Under the pieces are notes generated by a model. That model saw only the letters and a program-made list of their open reading frames with translations, did no database searches and was not told the origin of the DNA. Made by a program: the position numbers and the translations under genes. Shown piece after piece: positions 57,855 to 64,000 of a DNA stretch of 64,000 bases; position 1 is the first letter of the stretch; the number at the start of each line of letters is the position of its first letter. Source of the stretch: Hoeflea sp. (GTDB lineage: Bacteria; Pseudomonadota; Alphaproteobacteria; Rhizobiales; Rhizobiaceae); NCBI RefSeq assembly GCF_040216675.1, contig NZ_JAVJOR010000005.1; one strand, given 5' to 3'.

Positions 57855-58334
57855 ATGAACGCAGCAAAGGCAAAAAAGCCCGATCGCAACATAGTGGCGG
57901 AGAACCGAAAGGCCCGCTTCAACTATGAGATCACGGACACCCTGGAAGCCGGGCTCGTGCTGACCGGGACCGAGGTGAAGTCCCTGCGCCAGGGCAAGGC
58001 CAACATCGCTGAATCCTACGCCAATGAAGAGGGCGGGGAAATGTGGCTGATCAACTCGCATGTCCCGGAATACCTTCAGGCCAACCGGTTCAATCATGAG
58101 CCCCGGCGCCGTCGCAAGATCCTGCTCAAGGCTCGCGAAATCTCGCGATTGGCGCAGGCGGTCCAGCGCGACGGCATGACGCTCGTTCCGCTCAAGGTCT
58201 ATTTCAATGACAAGGGGTTGGCCAAGCTGGAACTCGCCCTGGCGCGCGGCAAGAAGCTGCACGACAAGCGCGAGACCCAGAAGCAGCGCGACTGGAACCG
58301 TCAGAAGACGAGATTGTTGCGCGAGCGGGGTTAG
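57855..58334 (+). CDS. smpB: SsrA-binding protein
   Basis: [38 protein letters not shown]. Confidence 0.97.
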   Translation: MNAAKAKKPDRNIVAENRKARFNYEITDTLEAGLVLTGTEVKSLRQGKANIAESYANEEGGEMWLINSHVPEYLQANRFNHEPRRRRKILLKAREISRLAQAVQRDGMTLVPLKVYFNDKGLAKLELALARGKKLHDKRETQKQRDWNRQKTRLLRERG

Positions 58335-58368
58335 TGGGCGCGCGGGAAGCCAAACTCCCCCTTTTGCT

Positions 58369-59010
58369 TCAATCCGGCAAAAACGCCCTAACGTTATCGA
58401 AAAGCGCGGCGAACATCTCCGGCGTCAACCGCCCGGTATTGATGTTGTAGCGCGAGCAGTGATAGCTCGAAAATATCCGCACATTGCCGATGTCTGTTGT
58501 TTGATGATGCGCGAATGGATGCGCTGCCGGTCGGCCATCGAGCGCGCGCACCGTGCTCTCGTGAGCAATCTTGCCAAGGCTGACGACCGCGCGGAGCTTC
58601 GGCATCGCTGCGATGCTTGACTGAAGAAAGACGCGGCAGGTGTTGATTTCAGCAGCGACCGGTCTGTTCCCCGGCGGCACACACCGGACTGCATTGGTGA
58701 TTGCGGTGCGTTTGAGCTGCAGGTCCTTACCGGTGGCAAATCCCTTGGCCAACAGAACGGTGAAGAGAAGGTCGCCGGATGCATCTCCGGTGAAAGGCCG
58801 GCCCGTGCGGTTGGCTCCGCGCAGACCGGGCGCCAGTCCGACGACGAGGAGCTCGACGCTCTCCGGGCCTTCTGGCGGGTACCAGGTTTTTACCGGGCCG
58901 TTGTGCCATTCCGGGTAAAGCTGTCTTGTCTCGGCAATGAAACGGTGCAGCCGTGGACAAAGGGCACAGTCGTCATCGGGCTCACTCGCAATTCGCCCCA
59001 TCGTCCGCAA
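58369..59010 (-). CDS. Uracil-DNA glycosylase family protein (Fe-S type)
   Basis: CALCPRL, GLAPGLRGANRTGRPF, VRCVPPGN, YHCSRYN. Confidence 0.9.
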   Translation of the reverse strand: MRTMGRIASEPDDDCALCPRLHRFIAETRQLYPEWHNGPVKTWYPPEGPESVELLVVGLAPGLRGANRTGRPFTGDASGDLLFTVLLAKGFATGKDLQLKRTAITNAVRCVPPGNRPVAAEINTCRVFLQSSIAAMPKLRAVVSLGKIAHESTVRALDGRPAAHPFAHHQTTDIGNVRIFSSYHCSRYNINTGRLTPEMFAALFDNVRAFLPD

Positions 59011-59028
59011 TACCGGTCGACCTGGTCT

Positions 59029-59619
59029 TCAGTCGTCGTCGTATTCGTCTTCGAAGTCATCCGCTGCTGGTGCGGCGCGTTGCGGACGCTCAGACGGGTC
59101 CCGACCGATCTCGGACTTAAGGCTCGTCAGGTCGAGGAAATAATCGGCTTGCCTGCGCAGGTCATCGGCGATCATCGGTGGCTGGGTCGAGAGCGATGAG
59201 ACCACCGTTACTTTGCGTCCCTTGCGCTGCAAGGCTTCCACCAGCGAGGTAAAGTCACCGTCGCCCGAGAATATGACGAGGTGATCCACCACTTCCGCCT
59301 GCTCCATGGCATCGATTGCGAGTTCGATGTCCATGTTGCCCTTCACCTTCCTGCGGCCCATGGAGTCGGTAAATTCCTTGGCGGGCTTGGTAACCACCTT
59401 GTAGCCATTGTAATCGAGCCAGTCGATCAAGGGGCGGATCGACGAATACTCCTGATCCTCGATCAATGCGGTATAGTAATAGGCACGAAGCAAATAGCCG
59501 CGCGACTGAAACGACTTGAGAAGCTTTCGGTAGTCGATATCAAAATTGAGGCCCTTTGATGCGGCATAAAGATTCGCCCCGTCAATAAAAAGGGCGATTT
59601 TCTCTCTTGGATCAAACAT
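59029..59619 (-). CDS. NYN/LabA-DUF88 domain protein
   Basis: FIDGANL, KGNMDIELAID, SGDGDF. Confidence 0.92.
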   Translation of the reverse strand: MFDPREKIALFIDGANLYAASKGLNFDIDYRKLLKSFQSRGYLLRAYYYTALIEDQEYSSIRPLIDWLDYNGYKVVTKPAKEFTDSMGRRKVKGNMDIELAIDAMEQAEVVDHLVIFSGDGDFTSLVEALQRKGRKVTVVSSLSTQPPMIADDLRRQADYFLDLTSLKSEIGRDPSERPQRAAPAADDFEDEYDDD

Positions 59620-59979
59620 AACAAAATTCCCTTCGGCAATTATCTGCCTGATTTCAAGCTTTCCCGGCGGTCAGAATTATTCTGCAGTTGCGTGGTGGTA
59701 ATGCACCGTTGTTGCAGAATGTCGTTGATTGGGGGCAGCCCGTCGAATCAATACGTCATACATTAGATGCACCTGTTGCTCTTCCCTCCTTTTTTCAAGG
59801 GGGCAATTCGGCAGGGGTGGCAATTTTCTGTGAGGCATGATATTGGCACTGTTCACCTTATAGGGTCAGGTTTCGATCCGCGCCATTCGGGCGGCGGGAC
59901 CAAATGACTTGAAATCGCCGCATAATGTGTTTATCCGGCGGACAAGTTCTCCCCATTCGCAGTTTGCAAAGGACAGGCA

Positions 59980-60381
59980 ATGGCTCGCGTCACAGTCGAA
60001 GATTGCATCGACAAAGTTGAAAACCGTTTTGAACTGGTCCTGCTCGCCAGCCACCGTGCCCGGCAGATCTCGCAGGGTGGCAGCATCACCATCGCGCGTG
60101 ACAATGACAAGAACCCCGTCGTTGCTTTGCGCGAAATCGCCGATCAGACCCTGTCGCCCGGTGATCTGAAGGAAGATCTCATTCATTCGCTGCAGAAGCA
60201 TGTTGAAGTGGATGAGCCCGAGCCCGATCCGGAGAAGTTCATCCAGTCCGGCGATGCTGCGGCGGAAGCTCAGGTCGAGGACGATCAGCCCGAGGGCGCT
60301 GCCTTCGGTTCGATGTCGGAGGAAGAGCTCCTGGCCGGTATCGAAGGGCTTGTGCCGCCTGAGAAAAGCGACGATTATTGA
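59980..60381 (+). CDS. rpoZ: RNA polymerase omega subunit
   Basis: [35 protein letters not shown]. Confidence 0.97.
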   Translation: MARVTVEDCIDKVENRFELVLLASHRARQISQGGSITIARDNDKNPVVALREIADQTLSPGDLKEDLIHSLQKHVEVDEPEPDPEKFIQSGDAAAEAQVEDDQPEGAAFGSMSEEELLAGIEGLVPPEKSDDY

Positions 60382-60514
60382 TCAGGGTATCCGGCCCGCC
60401 GCCAATTCTTGACGATTTCGGATGCGGCCGGATCTCAGCCGATAGACAAACGATGCGATAGAATGCGCCGGTCGTTCGATTCGGCGCATTTTACTGTTTT
60501 GGAGTGCTGCTTCC

Positions 60515-62755
60515 ATGATGCGTCAGTACGAGCTCGTCGAGCGCGTGCAGAAATACAAGCCGGACGTCAACGAGGCTCTTCTCAACAAGGCCTACGTCTA
60601 CGCGATGCAGAAGCATGGCAAGCAGACGCGCGCCAGTGGCGATCCCTACATATCCCATCCGCTCGAGGTGGCCGCCATTCTCACCGAGATGCGGCTTGAT
60701 GAGTCCACCATTGCTGTGGCTCTCCTGCATGACACCATCGAGGACACCACGGCCACCAGGGCAGAGATCGATGACCTGTTTGGCGAAGACATCGGACGTC
60801 TGGTCGAGGGACTGACCAAGATCAAGAAACTCGATCTGGTCACCAAGCGCGCCAAGCAGGCCGAAAACCTGCGCAAGCTCTTGCTGGCAATTTCCGACGA
60901 CGTCCGGGTTCTTCTGGTCAAGCTTGCCGACCGCCTTCACAACATGCGGACCCTTGAGCATGTTCCGCCGCACAAGCGCGCGCGGATCGCTGAAGAAACC
61001 ATGGATATCTATGCACCGCTGGCAGGCCGCATGGGCATGCAGGCGATGCGCGAGGAACTCGAGGAACTGGCGTTTCAGAACATCAACCGTGAGGCCTACG
61101 AGACCGTAACGCAGAAGCTGGCGGAGCTTTCCGAGCGCAACCGCAATCTCATTCACACCATCGAAATGGAGCTGTCCGCGCTGTTCGAACAGCAAGGCCT
61201 GTGTGCCACCGTCAAGGGACGGCAGAAGAAAGCCTATTCGGTCTTTCGAAAGATGCAGTCCAAATCGCTGTCGTTCGAGCAGCTCTCGGATGTCTTCGGC
61301 TTCCGCATCATTGTCGACACGGAGGCCGATTGCTACCGGGCGCTGGGCATCGTGCACATGCGCTGGTCGGTGGTTCCGGGGCGATTCAAGGACTACATAT
61401 CGACGCCCAAACAGAACGACTATCGTTCCATTCACACCACCATCGTGGGGCCGTCGCGGCAGCGTGTGGAACTGCAGATCCGGACCCGCCGGATGCAGGA
61501 CATCGCCGAACGCGGCGTTGCAGCGCATGCGCTTTACAAGGATGCAAGCCGCGACGGTGACGAAGAGCTGCTGTCAAAGGACTCGCGCGCCTATTCCTGG
61601 CTGCGCCAGACAATCGAGGCGCTTTCGGTCGGCGACAATCCCGAAGACTTTCTCGAACACACCAAGCTCGAACTGTTTCAGGATCAGGTGTTCTGCTTTA
61701 CGCCCAAGGGCCAGCTGATCGCGCTGCCACGCGGCGCGACGCCGATCGACTTTGCCTATGCGGTTCACACGGATATCGGCGACACCTGCGTGGGCGCGAA
61801 GATCAATGGCCGCATCATGCCTCTGGTAACCCGGCTCGCCAATGGCGACGAGGTCGAGATCCTGAGGTCGGGGGTTCAAGTCCCTCCTGCCGCATGGGAA
61901 GAAATCGTCGTCACCGGCAAGGCACGGGCGGCCATCCGCAGGGCCACGAAGGCTGCCGTGCGAAAACAGTACTCGGGCCTGGGGATGCGAATTCTCGAGC
62001 GCACCTTCAACCGCGCCGGCAAACCCCTGTCGCGGGAAACACTCAAGCCTGTTCTGCATCGTCTTGGGCACAAGGATGTGGAAGACGCGCTGGCGGCTGT
62101 CGGTCGGGGCGAACTGGGCTCCGAGGACGTGTTCCGGGCCGTCTGGCCCAATCATCAGGAAACCCGTGCTTCGGTTCGCAAGCCCGTTGATGACGGCTGG
62201 TTCAATCTGCGAAGCGCCGCGGGCCTGATCTTCAAGCTGCCCGGACTGAACAAGTCCCAGCGCGGGATCAAGTCCTCGATGCGGTCCGGCGCGGGCAATG
62301 AAACGGACGCCATGCCGATCCGCGGCATGGACGACAATTCGGTGGTGCGATTTGGTCCCGGCGGAGCGGTTCCGGGTGACCGGATCATCGGAATTCTCGA
62401 GCCCGGCGCGGGCATCACGATCTACCCGATCCAGTCGCCGGAGCTGACGAAATTCGATGACCAGCCCAGCCGCTGGATCGATATCCGCTGGGATATCGAT
62501 GAAAACAACAAGAACCGCTTCCCCGCCCGGATACTCGTCACCGCAATCAACGCACCGGGAACGCTGGCCGATGTGGCCCAGATTGTCGCGGCGAGCGAGA
62601 CCAACATCCAGAACCTTTCGATGGTCCGGGTTGCGGCGGATTTCACCGAGATGCTGGTCGACCTGCAGGTTTGGGATCTCAAGCACCTCAACCAGCTGAT
62701 TGCCCAGCTCAAGAGCCTCGATTCGGTTTCAACGGTTGAACGGATATACGAATAG
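60515..62755 (+). CDS. rsh: Bifunctional (p)ppGpp synthetase/hydrolase (RelA/SpoT homolog)
   Basis: HD domain LLHDTIED, KLADRLHNMRTL, GRFKDYI, TGS and ACT domains. Confidence 0.97.
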   Translation: MMRQYELVERVQKYKPDVNEALLNKAYVYAMQKHGKQTRASGDPYISHPLEVAAILTEMRLDESTIAVALLHDTIEDTTATRAEIDDLFGEDIGRLVEGLTKIKKLDLVTKRAKQAENLRKLLLAISDDVRVLLVKLADRLHNMRTLEHVPPHKRARIAEETMDIYAPLAGRMGMQAMREELEELAFQNINREAYETVTQKLAELSERNRNLIHTIEMELSALFEQQGLCATVKGRQKKAYSVFRKMQSKSLSFEQLSDVFGFRIIVDTEADCYRALGIVHMRWSVVPGRFKDYISTPKQNDYRSIHTTIVGPSRQRVELQIRTRRMQDIAERGVAAHALYKDASRDGDEELLSKDSRAYSWLRQTIEALSVGDNPEDFLEHTKLELFQDQVFCFTPKGQLIALPRGATPIDFAYAVHTDIGDTCVGAKINGRIMPLVTRLANGDEVEILRSGVQVPPAAWEEIVVTGKARAAIRRATKAAVRKQYSGLGMRILERTFNRAGKPLSRETLKPVLHRLGHKDVEDALAAVGRGELGSEDVFRAVWPNHQETRASVRKPVDDGWFNLRSAAGLIFKLPGLNKSQRGIKSSMRSGAGNETDAMPIRGMDDNSVVRFGPGGAVPGDRIIGILEPGAGITIYPIQSPELTKFDDQPSRWIDIRWDIDENNKNRFPARILVTAINAPGTLADVAQIVAASETNIQNLSMVRVAADFTEMLVDLQVWDLKHLNQLIAQLKSLDSVSTVERIYE

Positions 62756-62959
62756 GCTGACAAGGCCGGCCCGAAGTGATTGTATGGGTCTCGCCGGAGT
62801 CGGGTCCGGTTCGGATCTGTTGAAATCCTGCGTGCTTTTACCAGTTCTTCGGTGTTGGCCCATATACTCCGGTCCAGGGTGACCGGTGCCGAATGCGGCT
62901 TGCAAAAAAACTTCAGGCTGACTTAGGGCTGACACAAACAGAGCGATATACGATCCATC

Positions 62960-63571
62960 ATGCTGTTTCGCCGCCGCAGACCAGAGGGATTTTTTGACCG
63001 GATGCGCACCGCGCTCTGGCCAAGGCGTTCCTTTGGCAGATCGTTTCAGTATTTCGTCAAGCGGGTCTTGCGGCTGACCGCCACTCCACATGCCATTGCA
63101 GCGGGGGTCGCGGCGGGTGTTTTCGCGTCCTGGACACCGCTTCTTGGCTTCCATTTCGTGTTGGCCTTTGCCCTGGCTTACATTCTGGCGGGCAACATGG
63201 TGGCTGCGGCGCTCGGAACCGCGTTCGGAAATCCGATTTCCTTTCCCTTTATCTGGGCCTTGACGTTGAAGCTCGGCAATCTCCTTGTCGGAGTGCCTGC
63301 CGATGCAGGCCACAGGCATGTGGACCTGCAGTCACTGTTGAGGCATCTCGATCTCGGCCAGTTGTGGGAGCCTGTTGTCAAGCCGATGCTGATCGGCAGC
63401 CTTCCGCCCGGCCTTTTCAGCGCAATCGCGTTTTATGCCCTGACCTATTGGGGGGTGACCGCCTTCCAGACGCGGCGAAAGTCGAAACTGGCCGCGCGGG
63501 CCAGAGCGCGAATCCAGGAAATGACGGCCGCGCGCGCCAAGCGGCAGGCGGAGAAGGCTGAACGCGCGTGA
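62960..63571 (+). CDS. DUF2062 membrane protein
   Basis: [24 protein letters not shown]. Confidence 0.85.
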   Translation: MLFRRRRPEGFFDRMRTALWPRRSFGRSFQYFVKRVLRLTATPHAIAAGVAAGVFASWTPLLGFHFVLAFALAYILAGNMVAAALGTAFGNPISFPFIWALTLKLGNLLVGVPADAGHRHVDLQSLLRHLDLGQLWEPVVKPMLIGSLPPGLFSAIAFYALTYWGVTAFQTRRKSKLAARARARIQEMTAARAKRQAEKAERA

Positions 63572-63969
63572 TCATCGGGATTGGCAGCGACCTGATCGAT
63601 ATACGGAGGATCGAGAAGACGCTCGATCGCCACGGCGACCGGTTCACGTTGCGCTGTTTCACCGAGGTCGAACAGGCCCGTTCGGACCGGCGGGCCAATC
63701 GCGCTGCATCCTATGCCAAGCGGTTTGCGGCCAAGGAAGCCTGCTCCAAGGCGCTCGGAACCGGGCTTTCCAAGGGCGTGTTCTGGCGTGACATGGGGGT
63801 GGTCAACCTGCCGGGCGGGAAACCGACCATGAACCTCACCGGCGGGGCCGCCGAGCGCCTCCGGCTGATGACGCCCGAGGGCATGGCGGCCGCCATTCAC
63901 CTGACGATTACCGATGACTATCCACTGGCGCAGGCTTTCGTGATCATTGAAGCCGTGGCCGACGGCTGA
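63568..63969 (+). CDS. acpS: Holo-[acyl-carrier-protein] synthase
   Basis: [34 protein letters not shown]. Confidence 0.97.
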   Translation: MIIGIGSDLIDIRRIEKTLDRHGDRFTLRCFTEVEQARSDRRANRAASYAKRFAAKEACSKALGTGLSKGVFWRDMGVVNLPGGKPTMNLTGGAAERLRLMTPEGMAAAIHLTITDDYPLAQAFVIIEAVADG

Positions 63970-64000
63970 ACCGGCTTCTGGTGGTCAGATCAACCCGGTC

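Overview
Alphaproteobacterial (Rhizobiales-type) chromosome. The right ~16 kb (48.2-64 kb) is ordinary core genome: tRNA-Ser(GCT), Omp2b-type porin, BON-OmpA operon, alpha/beta hydrolase, lytic transglycosylase, dapA, smpB, UDG, NYN, rpoZ, rsh, DUF2062, acpS. The left ~48 kb is two genomic islands stacked in tandem at the 3' end of tRNA-Ser(GCT). Island 1 (from before base 1 to 15860) is a large-serine-recombinase element whose recombinase has an in-frame TAA at codon 36. It carries a split STAND-TPR gene, a resolvase, ArdA behind a long hairpin, and a coupled four-gene operon (HTH, N6-adenine MTase, PD-(D/E)xK-like nuclease, HExxH protein). Island 2 (15844-48198) is bounded by a 17-bp tRNA-end direct repeat plus matching arm-type repeats, and carries a P4-like tyrosine integrase at one end and two AlpA genes plus an HTH-Zn-tyrosine recombinase at the other. 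Most striking observation: the cargo of island 2 is divided into modules by clusters of a degenerate, co-oriented ~28-bp motif. These include a collinear 61-bp pair around a 1151-aa orphan membrane protein and a 25/26-identical 26-bp pair around a 13-kb envelope-remodelling module. Gabija and a HEPN-Zn-ribbon/Cys-His-Asp gene pair each sit between such clusters. This suggests a cassette-like (integron-analogous) capture system, which is an inference and is untested. All functional calls come from motif recognition by eye; no database searches were run.
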